Shown here piece after piece: positions 28,387-39,100 of a stretch of DNA of 64,000 nucleotides. The notes below the pieces were generated by a model that was given only the letters and a program-made list of their open reading frames with translations, was not told where the DNA came from and did not search any database. Source of the stretch: Candidatus Bathyarchaeota archaeon. Lineage in GTDB: Archaea; Thermoproteota; Bathyarchaeia; Bathyarchaeales; Bathycorpusculaceae. The stretch spans positions 552,390 through 616,389 of the forward strand of contig CAWAKC010000001.1 of NCBI GenBank assembly GCA_963782525.1, written 5' to 3'. Position numbers and translations under genes: made by a program. Position 1 is the stretch's first letter, and the number at the start of each line of letters is the position of its first letter.

Positions 28387-29304
28387 TTAGTCATCTAGAA
28401 CAACTTTTGCCAACGCAACCTTGTCTTCCAAACTCTTCATAACCGTGTTAGTTACCTTCACGTTGACGCCAAGCTTTTCAATCGCAGCCTTTTTTTCAAC
28501 ATCCTTCGTGTCGATAACGAATTCGTCGAGAAAATCAGTGTAAAACTTCGCAACTCCAAAAGCAGAAACTTCCAAACCCAAACTTCGCAACATCTTGTCT
28601 GCAGGCCCCTTAATAGGCAAACCCGCAACAATGGGACTAACACCCACCACCCTCGCACTTGTCCGCCTCAACGCATCCCGCACACCGCTAACTGAGAGAA
28701 TGGTGCCAATGCTAACAACGGGATTACTTGGACAAACAACTACCGTGTTTGCATCCAAAATAGCATCCAAAACTCCCGGCGAAGGCTTGGCAACCGCGGC
28801 ACCAACAAACTCTATCCCTAAAACATCATCTTTTGCTTGTTCCCTAACAAAATACTCCTCAAAATGCATTGAGCCCTCGCGTGTCGTTACCCTGGTTTCA
28901 AACATGTCATTGGTCATTGGTAAAATCTTTACTTTGAGCCCTAAAACGTCGCAAACTTCATCGGTTATCTGTGTAAGAGTGAAGCCCTGCTTTAAACGGT
29001 GAGTTCTGTAAAGGTGGGTTGCTAAATCACGATCACCCAAACCAAACCAGGCATCTAAGCCATGTTTTTTGAGCATGTCGAGACATCGAAAAGTGTCACC
29101 CCTAATTCCCCAGCCCTTCGCTTCATCAACAATGCCTGCCAACGTGTAGGTGACTATGTCAACGTCGGGTGAAATATGTAAGCCATAAAGTTCGATGTCG
29201 TCGCCAGTGTTTACGATAACTGAGAGATCTTCTTCTTTAACCAATTTAGTTAAGCCAGTTAAGAACCTAGCTGCGCCAACTCCACCCGCTAAAGCAGCAA
29301 TCAA
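28387..29304 (-). CDS. cofD: 2-phospho-L-lactate transferase (F420 biosynthesis)
   Basis: LAGGVGAARF, VNTGDD, HISPDVD, LGDRDLATH, PSNPVVSI, GPADK. Confidence 0.93.
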   Translation of the reverse strand: MIAALAGGVGAARFLTGLTKLVKEEDLSVIVNTGDDIELYGLHISPDVDIVTYTLAGIVDEAKGWGIRGDTFRCLDMLKKHGLDAWFGLGDRDLATHLYRTHRLKQGFTLTQITDEVCDVLGLKVKILPMTNDMFETRVTTREGSMHFEEYFVREQAKDDVLGIEFVGAAVAKPSPGVLDAILDANTVVVCPSNPVVSIGTILSVSGVRDALRRTSARVVGVSPIVAGLPIKGPADKMLRSLGLEVSAFGVAKFYTDFLDEFVIDTKDVEKKAAIEKLGVNVKVTNTVMKSLEDKVALAKVVLDD

Positions 29305-29317
29305 ACATTCTACACCA

Positions 29318-29773
29318 TTAATGACTGTGCTTTTCTGAAACCCAATACTCCGTGGCGGAACCTTGCTTGCTGGTTATATGCTCTTTTTTAAAAACTGGAA
29401 CTTCACTTTTATACCTTTCAACCGCTTCCCGAAGCACCGGAAAAACATCTGTCCGATGAGAGCCCGCAACCGCCACATAAACCAAGTCGTCGCCCACGTT
29501 GAACTCCCCCAGTAAATGATGAATCTGTACGTTAACTATGCCATGTTTTTGGGATAAGTCATCACTTATTTTTGTGAGCGTTTCCTGAGCTTTTTCTTCG
29601 TAAGCTTCAATTGTAAGTTTTTCAACTTTTTCATTTTCAAAAGTTTCTCCGCGAACAACACCTATGAAAAGAGCAATTGCACCGGCTTTTGAGTAGTTGG
29701 GGTCTTTTTTGATATTGTCTATGACATCTTGAACGGTGAAAGTTCCTTTTTCATGCACACCAGCATTGGACAA
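29318..29773 (-). CDS. moaE: Molybdopterin synthase catalytic subunit
   Basis: GAIALFIGVVR, VAGSHR, KSEVPVFKKE. Confidence 0.9.
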   Translation of the reverse strand: MSNAGVHEKGTFTVQDVIDNIKKDPNYSKAGAIALFIGVVRGETFENEKVEKLTIEAYEEKAQETLTKISDDLSQKHGIVNVQIHHLLGEFNVGDDLVYVAVAGSHRTDVFPVLREAVERYKSEVPVFKKEHITSKQGSATEYWVSEKHSH

Positions 29774-29866
29774 AACTTACGTTCTCCTGTTAGAAAATAC
29801 TAAAGGTTCGTGTCTAAAACTGTTTACGGTTAAAAGAATAGAAATAAGAAAATAAAGAAATTATGT

Positions 29867-30505
29867 TTATGCTTCGATTGCGACTGGGGCAGGTGCCGCT
29901 TCAACTGGTGCTTCCGGTTGTTTTGCTGGAGCAGAGATGAGCTTGGATTTTCTAATGCCGACGTGACGTAATGGAGCAACAAGCTTGGCTTGATTATAGA
30001 TGTCTGAGGCGATTTTTCCAAGGACCATTTCTTGAACGAATTGGTCAAGCGTTAATGCAGCGGCTTTTTCTTTGATTGTTTTCTCCATCATGGTGCGGAT
30101 GATTTTTTCCTGCGATGTCTTTATTCTTGAAAGCGTCAGAGCTGAAACTGCAATTCTAAGCTTGTAGCCGTCTTTTGTGGTTAAGTTGAATAATCCGTCA
30201 ACTTTGGTTGTTCTTCTTCTAACCAAGCTGCGAAGGTAATCTCGGGAGTATTCATGACCCTTGAAGAGTGTTTTGGCGGATTTTCCCTCAATCGCATTTA
30301 TCTGGAAGAACATTTTCAAGTAATGATGAGAAAAGTCACCTGTAATGTCATATAAGGTTGCTTCGACAACTCTGCCGATCATTTGTTGTTCTTCTTGTGC
30401 AGGTATCGAACCTAACTCTATGTTACCAAAGAACGATGGCGCAACTACCATGTACCAGGATTTGCCTCGCCACTTATCGCGAATGTGTTTAGTTTTGGAA
30501 GACAA
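29867..30505 (-). CDS. rps3ae: 30S ribosomal protein S3Ae (eS1)
   Basis: RDKWRGKSWY..APSFFG, DYLRSLVRRRTTKVD. Confidence 0.95.
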   Translation of the reverse strand: MSSKTKHIRDKWRGKSWYMVVAPSFFGNIELGSIPAQEEQQMIGRVVEATLYDITGDFSHHYLKMFFQINAIEGKSAKTLFKGHEYSRDYLRSLVRRRTTKVDGLFNLTTKDGYKLRIAVSALTLSRIKTSQEKIIRTMMEKTIKEKAAALTLDQFVQEMVLGKIASDIYNQAKLVAPLRHVGIRKSKLISAPAKQPEAPVEAAPAPVAIEA

Positions 30506-30555
30506 ATTTATTTCTCCAAACGTGCCACAACATTCTCATAGAAATATTAAAAGGT

Positions 30556-31845
30556 TTAGCGTTTTCTACCTATTTTTTCTCTGTTACCCATGTATTTCCG
30601 TAACGCCTCAGGTATATTTATCGTTCCGTCTTCTTGCTGATTGTTCTCTAGTATTGCAACAATGGTTCTGCCTGTAGCTATCGCTGTCGAATTCAAAGTG
30701 TGAACCATGCCTTTGGGTGCTGCACCTTCTTTTTCCCTATACTTGATTCCTAATCGTCTACCTTGATAATCAGTGCAGTTGCTACATGAAACCACTTCTC
30801 GGTAACCGTTCTGCGCAGGCATCCAAGCCTCAATATCATATTTTTTAGCTGCAACAGTGCCGATATCACCGGTGCAAACGTTAACAACTCGATAAGCTAA
30901 ACCGATTTTCTGCAGGAGTTCCTCAGCATTTTGGAGAAGTTCTTCGTGGAGTTTTGCTGAGTCTTCAGGTTTGCAGAAAATGAATTGTTCGATTTTGTTG
31001 AATTGGTGAGTTCGGAAGATGCCACGTGTGTCTTTTCCGTGTGCTCCAGCTTCTTTGCGGAAACAGGTGCTTATGCCTGCAAGTTTGACTGGCATATCCT
31101 GTTCTTTGAGGGTTTCGTTCATGAGCATAGCCGCCATAGGATGCTCGGAAGTAGCGATTAAGTAGAGGTCTTCGTTTTCAACTTTGTAGAGGACCTCTTC
31201 AAAGTCGCCTAAAGCGGTCACTCCTTCATAGGCTTCCCGCTTCATCAGCAAAGGCGGAATTACAGGTGTATAGCCTTTCTGTGAAAGCTCCTCGATTGCG
31301 AAACTCATCAAGGCCATATCTAGCATCGCAACTTCGTTTTTTAAATAGAAGAATCTTGCACCAGAGACTTTTCCAGCACGTTCCATGTCGATTTGGTCAA
31401 GATCCAACGCAAGGTCAATGTGGTTTTTTATTTGAAAAGTGAATTGAGGGATTGTCCCCCAAGTTTTCACTTGCACGTTATCGGTTGAGTCTTTTCCGAG
31501 TGGGACAGTCGCATCCAAAAGGTTGGGCAGGTTCAAAAGGTAACCGTGAGTTTTCTGTTCCTGCTCAGCCACTTGTTTTTCCACGATTTTTATTTGCACA
31601 TCGATGTCCTCTGCTTTTGTGAATTCGTTTGTGGCTTCTTTGCCTGCTTTTTTGAGTTTAGCAATTTCTATGGTGACTAGTTTTCGGTCGTGGCGCAACT
31701 CGTTTAGTTTGGTAAGGTTCAAACGCCACTCTTTATCAACAGCGATCAGTTCTTCGAGCATCTTTAATGCATCTGGGTTTCCACGCTTCGCCAAATTAGT
31801 TTTTACAAGTTCGGGGTTCTCGCGGATTAACTTGATATCTAACAT
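30556..31845 (-). CDS. serS: Seryl-tRNA synthetase
   Basis: MLDIKLIREN, ATSEHP, FRKEAG, EVVSCSNCTDYQ, HTLNST. Confidence 0.97.
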   Translation of the reverse strand: MLDIKLIRENPELVKTNLAKRGNPDALKMLEELIAVDKEWRLNLTKLNELRHDRKLVTIEIAKLKKAGKEATNEFTKAEDIDVQIKIVEKQVAEQEQKTHGYLLNLPNLLDATVPLGKDSTDNVQVKTWGTIPQFTFQIKNHIDLALDLDQIDMERAGKVSGARFFYLKNEVAMLDMALMSFAIEELSQKGYTPVIPPLLMKREAYEGVTALGDFEEVLYKVENEDLYLIATSEHPMAAMLMNETLKEQDMPVKLAGISTCFRKEAGAHGKDTRGIFRTHQFNKIEQFIFCKPEDSAKLHEELLQNAEELLQKIGLAYRVVNVCTGDIGTVAAKKYDIEAWMPAQNGYREVVSCSNCTDYQGRRLGIKYREKEGAAPKGMVHTLNSTAIATGRTIVAILENNQQEDGTINIPEALRKYMGNREKIGRKR

Positions 31846-32012
31846 GTTCTCACAGATTAATTCTCTACTAACAAAATCAGCTATTTAACTTTACGATACA
31901 AACAAAGTTGGCTAAACCAAGCAGAGAATTACTTTTTTGAAACCGATAAAATAATCAGCTGGATGAAACTAAAAAATGGAAGAAATAGAAATTTTATTTT
32001 TATTGTCCAGTC

Positions 32013-32300
32013 TTACTTTTTGGTAAGAGTTATCTCCATTGTGGAAACCATTCTGGACTTGCTCTCGCCCTCACGAGGTGGCATCTCAACTGTTCCGATA
32101 GCAATCTTGGATACTTTAAGGTCCTTAATGAACCGATTCCTTGTGATCTCAGCTACGTCAACGGCGGTCGTTATGGCTTGGCCTCTTGCTTTCAAAGTTA
32201 TTTCTCTTAGGTTTCCTGCGGAGAGGCTTGTGATGATTGCCAGAACATAACTCATTGGGGGTTTGTTTCCTACGAAGATAACATCTGCATTTTCAGTCAT
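32013..32300 (-). CDS. albA: DNA/RNA-binding protein Alba
   Basis: VGNKPPMSYVLA, LKARGQAITTAVDVAE. Confidence 0.95.
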   Translation of the reverse strand: MTENADVIFVGNKPPMSYVLAIITSLSAGNLREITLKARGQAITTAVDVAEITRNRFIKDLKVSKIAIGTVEMPPREGESKSRMVSTMEITLTKK

Positions 32301-32507
32301 TTGTTTTAACTCCTTTTTGTTTGCTTTGTGTAACGTTACTGTTTTGCGCTATGCTGCGCTCAGAACGTCATTGCCAAAATATACAGTTCTTCCCTATAAA
32401 TCCATTGAAACTTCATCCCGAATAGACAAACGTTCAACAAAAAAGTAAGAAAGGCTTTTCTACACCAAACCCGTATGAGCAATTACACCGTCAAGTTGAG
32501 AGTTAAC

Positions 32508-33140
32508 TTGCTAACCAAACTTAAGAAACAAATCCAGCAAATGCTCACATCTCAAGCAACAGCAGCTTACAAAATAGGCTTAACCCCCAACAAAATCAGT
32601 ACAATCGGCTTTATACTTGCACTGGCGTCAGCAGTTTCATACGGCCTAACTACAACCCAGAACTCGTGGCTACTTATTTTGGCAGTAGTTTTCCTCTTAG
32701 CTTCAGGATTCTGCGACACCCTAGACGGCATTGTAGCAAGAACATTTGGGCAAACCACCGTGTTCGGAGGATTCTACGATTCGGTCCTCGACAGATATGC
32801 AGATGCTGCAGTCTACGCAGCCATTATCGTCGCTGGATTATCTAATCCTGCTTGGGGTTCTCTTGGGGGTTCAGTTTGGGGCTTGGCAGCTCTTTCGGGT
32901 TCATTGTTAGTGAGTTATACCCGTGCAAGAGCCGAAGCTGTCGGCATAAAAATGGAGTCCGTTGGACTTGCTGAACGAGCCGAACGTATGCTCATCTTAG
33001 CCGGTGTCAGCATAATTGCGTATTTCTGGTTGCCCGCCATGGGTTACGGTATAGCAGTTTTAGCGGTGCTAGCAAACTTTACGGTATTACAAAGGATCCA
33101 CTACGTTTACAAAACATTAAAGAAAAAAGCAGCAGATTAG
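32508..33140 (+). CDS. pgsA: CDP-alcohol phosphatidyltransferase (archaetidylinositol-phosphate synthase-like)
   Basis: DTLDGIVAR...GGFYDSVLDRYAD, SYTRARAE, GLAERAER; TTG start at 32508. Confidence 0.88.
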   Translation: MLTKLKKQIQQMLTSQATAAYKIGLTPNKISTIGFILALASAVSYGLTTTQNSWLLILAVVFLLASGFCDTLDGIVARTFGQTTVFGGFYDSVLDRYADAAVYAAIIVAGLSNPAWGSLGGSVWGLAALSGSLLVSYTRARAEAVGIKMESVGLAERAERMLILAGVSIIAYFWLPAMGYGIAVLAVLANFTVLQRIHYVYKTLKKKAAD

Positions 33141-33144
33141 CCGC

Positions 33145-33438
33145 TTAGTATCTTCTTTTATAGCCTTTAGAATGGCGTTCGTTTTCTGCGCGGACCTTAA
33201 CGATTCCGCGGTGAACAGCACAAGAGATACAGTAGTATTTAGTGTCTACCCAAGAGGCTAAGTACGTGCCGCTTTGCCTAAGCTCTTTAGCCAATTGTGG
33301 TTCAACAAAAGAAACTCTGCGTGTCGACCTCTTCGCTTTGTCACGTGGCACCGAAGCCCCGCAATTTGCGCATTGAACAAGAGTGCTGCTTCCTTTGTTT
33401 CCTTTTGATCTTCCTCGGCTTTTTCGTTTAACGGGCAT
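33145..33438 (-). CDS. rps26e: 30S ribosomal protein S26e
   Basis: MPVKRKSRGR, CANCGASVPRDKA, YCISCAVH. Confidence 0.95.
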   Translation of the reverse strand: MPVKRKSRGRSKGNKGSSTLVQCANCGASVPRDKAKRSTRRVSFVEPQLAKELRQSGTYLASWVDTKYYCISCAVHRGIVKVRAENERHSKGYKRRY

Positions 33439-33487
33439 TAATTTTATCCTCTTTTCGTCTGATGTTCCATTTATTGATTTAACTATC

Positions 33488-34375
33488 TTATATATCTGAC
33501 CGTATTTTAAGAAGAGAAGCGATGTTTGCATTCTGGCTTAGCTTTGGAATAATCTTGCCATCAGACGAAGTCATCAATGTTGTTACTCCTGGACCGTGAC
33601 CTGCCGTAACACAGTTTGAATGAACTACCACACCCACAGATACAGAGCCTTGGCGGTAAATCCTGCCGAACGAGTGATCTGCATCGATAATGGCGACTAA
33701 ATCACCCAACCGCAAACTCTCCAAGCCATACTGAGCCACGACGGCTTCGTCGAAGAGTTGAATGTCATAGTCGCCCGAGTTAACTTGGTTAGCGCCTAAA
33801 CCTGAACCCATAATCGCTGCGGGCACTATATGGGTTACAGGCACCTCTAATTTGTCCCTATTGGGCTCCGGATTCCACACCTCAAGCAGATGTGGATCCA
33901 TGTTGAGAACTTTTATGTCGGGAAAATCCAAGAGCTTTAAACCTATGCCGTAAGCCTTTACGAGTATCCTGTCACCAAGTAACAGGTTATCTAAAACCTT
34001 CGTTGGAAAATCAACCAGCACGTGCTCAATGCCACCGTGCTTACCTGTAACAACCCCTTTAGCGCCCTTCGCTTCGCCTGTGGCTACCGTTGCCTGGTTT
34101 CCTATGCATGACAAAACATTGAAGGCAGTGTTGGCAGCTTGTCCCGAACGGGCATCGTTTTCCTTGTTTTCCACACTAACGCCTGGTTCCACATGGTCTG
34201 CTTCCCAACCGCTCGCTAGGTCACCGACTCTAAGGTTGTAAGTTATGCCGCCTACTCCTGGAAGCACTAAAGGTTTGCCTGTAGCAGAAACATTGTATAC
34301 GTTGCGAATTGTTGGGCTTGCGATTTCGCCCATAACTGAGATTTTGATGAGTTTTTTCTGGTTCGTCTTGAGCAT
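33488..34375 (-). CDS. DUF4438 family protein
   Basis: LPGVGGITYN, DHVEPGVS, GKHGGIEH, GDYDI, GHGPGVT. Confidence 0.85.
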   Translation of the reverse strand: MLKTNQKKLIKISVMGEIASPTIRNVYNVSATGKPLVLPGVGGITYNLRVGDLASGWEADHVEPGVSVENKENDARSGQAANTAFNVLSCIGNQATVATGEAKGAKGVVTGKHGGIEHVLVDFPTKVLDNLLLGDRILVKAYGIGLKLLDFPDIKVLNMDPHLLEVWNPEPNRDKLEVPVTHIVPAAIMGSGLGANQVNSGDYDIQLFDEAVVAQYGLESLRLGDLVAIIDADHSFGRIYRQGSVSVGVVVHSNCVTAGHGPGVTTLMTSSDGKIIPKLSQNANIASLLKIRSDI

Positions 34376-34528
34376 AAAATTGTTTCCCTTCTGACTGTGA
34401 GGTCACTGTTTTGGGGTTAATAAAACTTCACAGCGTTTTTAGGTCCTAAAGCAACTCTTAAATTATGCGTCTCTTTATTGTTGGAGTAGACTTAGCCCGC
34501 CTAAAAATTGTAGGAAGTGAATTATTCA

Positions 34529-35107
34529 ATGTCTGAAATTGGATTAAGAACAAAAATGCTCGTCAGGGACATCATGAGTAGCCCAGTTGTAACGATGGAC
34601 GAGGACGAAACCTCCAACAAAGCCGCAGCCAACATGGATATACATGATTTAGGCGCCGTTATAGTCACAAACAAAGCTGGAAAATCAATAGGTATCATAA
34701 CCGAACGCGACTTAGTCGTTAGAGTATTGGCGAAAAACCAGAAGCCGGATACAGTAAAGGCTAAAGAAATCATGACAACCCCCTTGGTCACGATTGAGCC
34801 TGAAGCCACCATAAGCGACGCCGCCAGAAGAATGAATAGACTCGACATTAGAAGGCTAGGCGTAATCTACAAGGGCAACCTGCTCGGTATAATCTCAAGC
34901 AAAGATATCCTTGGCGTAATGCCCGAGCTAATCGAGATAATGCAGGAGCGCTCACGCATCGAAGGCGCCGCTCAAATCGAAGAAACTGAAGAAGTCCCGC
35001 TCTCAGGATACTGCGACCGCTGTAACATCTACTCTGAGAGCCTCAAAGAACGCAACGGACAAAACATCTGCGACGAATGCCGCGTGGAACTCGAAGAAGA
35101 AAAATAA
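34529..35107 (+). CDS. CBS-pair protein with C-terminal zinc ribbon
   Basis: VRDIMSSPVVT, GIITERDL, GYCDRC...ICDEC. Confidence 0.9.
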   Translation: MSEIGLRTKMLVRDIMSSPVVTMDEDETSNKAAANMDIHDLGAVIVTNKAGKSIGIITERDLVVRVLAKNQKPDTVKAKEIMTTPLVTIEPEATISDAARRMNRLDIRRLGVIYKGNLLGIISSKDILGVMPELIEIMQERSRIEGAAQIEETEEVPLSGYCDRCNIYSESLKERNGQNICDECRVELEEEK

Positions 35108-35177
35108 CAATTTTTTTTACCACAACTTTTATTCAAATAAACTTTAATTAACCAAATCACCCGCTAATTCCTAGAAC

Positions 35178-36539
35178 GTGACCCCTTTGATTGTTGATTC
35201 CATCCTCACAAACGCAAAAGCTTACATAGCTGGGCAAATCGTCGACTGCAACATAGCCATCGAAGAAGGCAAAATCTATAAAATCGGCAAAGAAACCCAA
35301 ATGCCACAGGCTGATGAGAAAACTGACCTCCACAACTTGCTGGTTTTGCCTGGTTTGATTGATGAACACGTTCACTTGCGCGATGAGGGCAAGGCATACA
35401 AGGAAGATTTCTCTTCAGGAACAGCCGCTGCGGCTGCTGGTGGATTCACAACAGTTCTGGATATGCCAAATAATGACCCAGTTACCATGAGCGTTGGGAC
35501 TCTACGCAACCGCATGGAAATTGCCCAAACAAAAATCCTCACTAACGTGGGGGTCTACTCCGAATTCCCGAAAAACCTCACCGAAACAGCAGCAATAGTT
35601 GCTGAAGGGGCAATTGGGTTCAAGCTGTTTATGGGTTCTCAAGTGGGCGGCTTAAACATTGACGACAATCAAGCTTTACAGGATGCGTTTGAAGCGGTTG
35701 CCGAACTGGAGGTGCCTTTCGCGATACATGCTGAAGACAGGGCAATGCTTGCGGCAAACGAGGCGAAACTGAAGCAAGCCCAAAAAATTGGCACTACCGA
35801 CTTTTTGCGGGCACACACCGAAGCAGTTGAGCTCACAGCTATCCAGCGTTTCTTAAAGTTAAGCCAACAGTCGAAAGTGCACTTGCATTTTTGCCATGTC
35901 ACGAGCCAGGAAGGTTTAAACGCCATTGTTGAGGCAAAAAAATCAGACAGAAAAGGAAAGGTAACTTGTGAGGTTACGCCAAACCATCTGCTACTTACCA
36001 GTGAAGATATGAAACGAATTGGGCAAATGGCGATTATGGCTCCGCCACTCCGAGATAAAATCCACCTTGAAGCCCTTTGGAAGGGGTTAGAGGATGGCGC
36101 AGTAGATACTATTGGTTCAGACCATGCGCCTCATACTAAAGAAGAAAAGGCAGCCAGCAGCGTCTGGGACGTAAAAGTCGGTGTGCCTGGACTAGAAACC
36201 ACTCTGGCACTTATCATGACGTTTGTTAAGAAGAACCGGTTAACCATCGTGCAAGCTGTCCATTTGCTCGCCGAAAAACCCGCTGAAATCTTCGGATTAA
36301 ACGACCGCGGAACCCTCGAACAGGGCAAAAACGCCGACTTAACCGTGGTAGATTTTAACCGCCAATTCAAAATCGATGCCTCCAAATTCAAGTCCAAAGC
36401 CAAGTTCTCGCCCTACGAAGGCTGGGACGTCCAGGGCAAAGTAGTAAAAACCATAGTGAACGGGCAAGTAGTCTTCGACGAGGGCGAAATTGTAGCTAAA
36501 GCGGGAAGCGTCTTGATGGCTCGGAGAGGCAGCGTGTGA
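35178..36539 (+). CDS. pyrC: Dihydroorotase (type I)
   Basis: DEHVHLR, DMPNN, HAED, CEVTPNHL, GSDHAPH. Confidence 0.9.
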   Translation: MTPLIVDSILTNAKAYIAGQIVDCNIAIEEGKIYKIGKETQMPQADEKTDLHNLLVLPGLIDEHVHLRDEGKAYKEDFSSGTAAAAAGGFTTVLDMPNNDPVTMSVGTLRNRMEIAQTKILTNVGVYSEFPKNLTETAAIVAEGAIGFKLFMGSQVGGLNIDDNQALQDAFEAVAELEVPFAIHAEDRAMLAANEAKLKQAQKIGTTDFLRAHTEAVELTAIQRFLKLSQQSKVHLHFCHVTSQEGLNAIVEAKKSDRKGKVTCEVTPNHLLLTSEDMKRIGQMAIMAPPLRDKIHLEALWKGLEDGAVDTIGSDHAPHTKEEKAASSVWDVKVGVPGLETTLALIMTFVKKNRLTIVQAVHLLAEKPAEIFGLNDRGTLEQGKNADLTVVDFNRQFKIDASKFKSKAKFSPYEGWDVQGKVVKTIVNGQVVFDEGEIVAKAGSVLMARRGSV

Positions 36540-37030
36540 AGTTCCTTGCGGATGCAATGCTCGGGAAGTTAACGCGTTGGTTGCGCATGCTTGGACAGGA
36601 TGTAATGTACTCTGTTGAGTTTGATGATTCTGAGCTTTTAGCTTTGGCGAAAGAGGAGGAGCGTATTTTGTTGACGAAGGATTTTGAGCTTTACAAACGC
36701 GCCGTCGACGGAGGGTTGGACGCTTACTATGTTGAGGGAAAAACTGAGGCAGAGCTACTGGCAGAAGTCGCCAAACGCTACAACATGCCACTAACGGTCG
36801 ATATGGACAAGTCGCATTGCCCAATTTGCAACACCAAACTTGTTGTCGCGCCAAAAGAGCAACTTAAGGAAGAATTGGAAAAAAACACCTACATCTACTA
36901 CGACAATTTCTGGAAGTGCCCCAACTGCGGACAAATCTACTGGCAAGGAGCTCACTGGAACCAAATTAACAACAGACTAAGCCAAGCTAAAGCTAAACTT
37001 GAAAAGTTAAAAGAAAATAATGGCGCTTAA
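36536..37030 (+). CDS. Mut7-C RNase (PIN-like) domain protein
   Basis: [37 protein letters not shown]. Confidence 0.92.
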   Translation: MKFLADAMLGKLTRWLRMLGQDVMYSVEFDDSELLALAKEEERILLTKDFELYKRAVDGGLDAYYVEGKTEAELLAEVAKRYNMPLTVDMDKSHCPICNTKLVVAPKEQLKEELEKNTYIYYDNFWKCPNCGQIYWQGAHWNQINNRLSQAKAKLEKLKENNGA

Positions 37031-37269
37031 GACAACCATTTTAATGGAATATCTTGGAAAGTGCCGTCTGGCAATGTTCTGCGGATTGTGATTGGCAAAA
37101 TACCCGCGTCAAGCTCACTTAACGCGATGTCGATTGGGTTTGTGTTTTCAGCTGCATCTACCAAGATTGGTGCTCCCATCGAGATCTGAAGCGCACGTGC
37201 ACCCACGATTCTAGCTTTCTCGAAGCGAGTAATTTTTGGGGGTCCTACAACAATTTTTTGTATTGACAT
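37027..37269 (-). CDS. rpoK: RNA polymerase subunit Rpo6 (K)
   Basis: [28 protein letters not shown]. Confidence 0.95.
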   Translation of the reverse strand: MSIQKIVVGPPKITRFEKARIVGARALQISMGAPILVDAAENTNPIDIALSELDAGILPITIRRTLPDGTFQDIPLKWLS

Positions 37270-37270
37270 T

Positions 37271-38947
37271 TTACATCATTCCGCCGGGCATTCCACCCAT
37301 TCCGCCCATACCCATACCGCCTGGCATTCCTCCTCCAGGTGGCATTGGAGGGGTCTTCATTTTCGCGGTGGATATTATGTCGTCGATTTTAAGAATCATT
37401 GATGAGGCTTCGTTTGCTGATTTAATTATTTGTTTTTTGACGGCGAGGGGTTCGTAGATATTCATTTTTGTCATGTCTTCGACTTTGCCTGCGAGAACAT
37501 CTATGCCTGCCCAAGTTTCTCCTTTTTCATGTCTTGTTCGTAACTGTGAAAGTATGTCAATTGGATCTAAACCCGCGTTTTCGGCAAGTGTTGTCGCTAT
37601 TATTTCGAGGGATTCTGCGAAAACGATGATTGCAAGTTGCTCTCTTCCCCGCACTGTTTGAGCATATTTCTTAAGAACACTTGACATCTCCATTTCTGGA
37701 GCGCTTCCCCCAGCAACTACCTTGGGTTCTTCGATGAGATCTTTTACTACAGAGAGTGCATCATGTATCGAGCGTTCTGCTTCTGCAGTCATCCGTTGTG
37801 TTCCACCTCTGATTAGGAGGGTGACTGACTTGGGGTTCTTGCATCCTTCGATGTAAGTCATCTTATCGTCACCAGTTCTGCGTTCTTCAACCAACGCTGC
37901 AAAACCAAGATCTTCGGATGTGAGCGCGTCGATGTTGCTTATGATTTTTGCGCCCGTGGCTCTCGCGAGTTTTTCTATGTCTGATTTCTTGGCACGTCTA
38001 ATGGCTACTGCACCTTTTCGTGCTAGAAAATGCTGAGCCATATCGTCGATGCCTTTCTGAACAACAACTACGTTGGCGCCTGAAGCTAACACTTTTTCAA
38101 CCATACCCTTAAGCATAGCTTCTTCTTCCTTGAGGAACGCTTCAATCTGCTCTGGGCTTTCAATGCTGATTTTTGCGTCCATCTCCGGCTTCTCATTCTC
38201 CAAGGATGCGTCGAGTAAGGCTATTTTCGCGTTTTCAACTCGTTTTGGCATGCCTGAATGAACGATTTCTTTGTCTAAGACAACACCGTAGATTAGGCGG
38301 GTGTCCTTGAGAGATTCGCCTGTTTTCTTCTCAACCTTTACATCATCAACGTCAGCTCTAAAGGTGCCGTCTGACTGTTTTTCTGCGACCGCCAACATTG
38401 CTTTAACAGCTAAATCTGCTAAGTAATCTTTGTATTCAGCAACGATTTTGCTGCCCATTGACGTTGCCGCAGCCTTCTTGAGGTAATCGGTCGATTTTAA
38501 GTCGATGGGGATGGCGATTTTCTCTAAAGTTTCCAGAGCTTTATCTGCTGCTTTTCTGTAACCATCAATTATAACTGTTGGATGAATGTTTTTGTCGATT
38601 AATTCTTCAGCTCGGCTTAAAAGTTCGCCTGCAATGATTACTGCAGATGTTGTTCCATCGCCAGTTTCCTTATCTTGAGTTTTAGCGACTTCCACCATCA
38701 TCTTTGCCGCTGGATGCTGAACATCCATCTCATCAAGAATCGTTCTTCCATCGCTTGTTATTGTAACGTCACCGAAGCTATCGACAAGCATTTTATCCAT
38801 GCCTTTCGGGCCAAGTGCGCTTCGGACACTTTCAGCAACAACTTTAGCCGCCATAATATTAGCGTGCTGAGCTTCTCGTCCCCGAGACCTCTTGGAACCT
38901 TCTTTCATAACGAGAACAGGTACACCGCCAGCTTGTAAATTTGACAA
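37271..38947 (-). CDS. ths: Thermosome (group II chaperonin) subunit
   Basis: [19 protein letters not shown]-rich tail. Confidence 0.97.
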   Translation of the reverse strand: MSNLQAGGVPVLVMKEGSKRSRGREAQHANIMAAKVVAESVRSALGPKGMDKMLVDSFGDVTITSDGRTILDEMDVQHPAAKMMVEVAKTQDKETGDGTTSAVIIAGELLSRAEELIDKNIHPTVIIDGYRKAADKALETLEKIAIPIDLKSTDYLKKAAATSMGSKIVAEYKDYLADLAVKAMLAVAEKQSDGTFRADVDDVKVEKKTGESLKDTRLIYGVVLDKEIVHSGMPKRVENAKIALLDASLENEKPEMDAKISIESPEQIEAFLKEEEAMLKGMVEKVLASGANVVVVQKGIDDMAQHFLARKGAVAIRRAKKSDIEKLARATGAKIISNIDALTSEDLGFAALVEERRTGDDKMTYIEGCKNPKSVTLLIRGGTQRMTAEAERSIHDALSVVKDLIEEPKVVAGGSAPEMEMSSVLKKYAQTVRGREQLAIIVFAESLEIIATTLAENAGLDPIDILSQLRTRHEKGETWAGIDVLAGKVEDMTKMNIYEPLAVKKQIIKSANEASSMILKIDDIISTAKMKTPPMPPGGGMPGGMGMGGMGGMPGGMM

Positions 38948-39100
38948 ATCAAGTAACCTCCAAATAATGCGAACAACAACAAAACGTTACTAACCATATA
39001 AGTTTTTCCTAAGAAAGCCATGTTGAACAACCACTATGCAACCGTTTTTTGCATCGTTAAGTCGTTTTCTGGGTAATTTGGCGTTTCATTTTTGCCAGAG

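Noticed and set aside
28387-29304. cofD as evidence of methanogenesis
   Set aside because: F420 biosynthesis is widespread in non-methanogenic archaea, and no mcr or mtr genes are in the window
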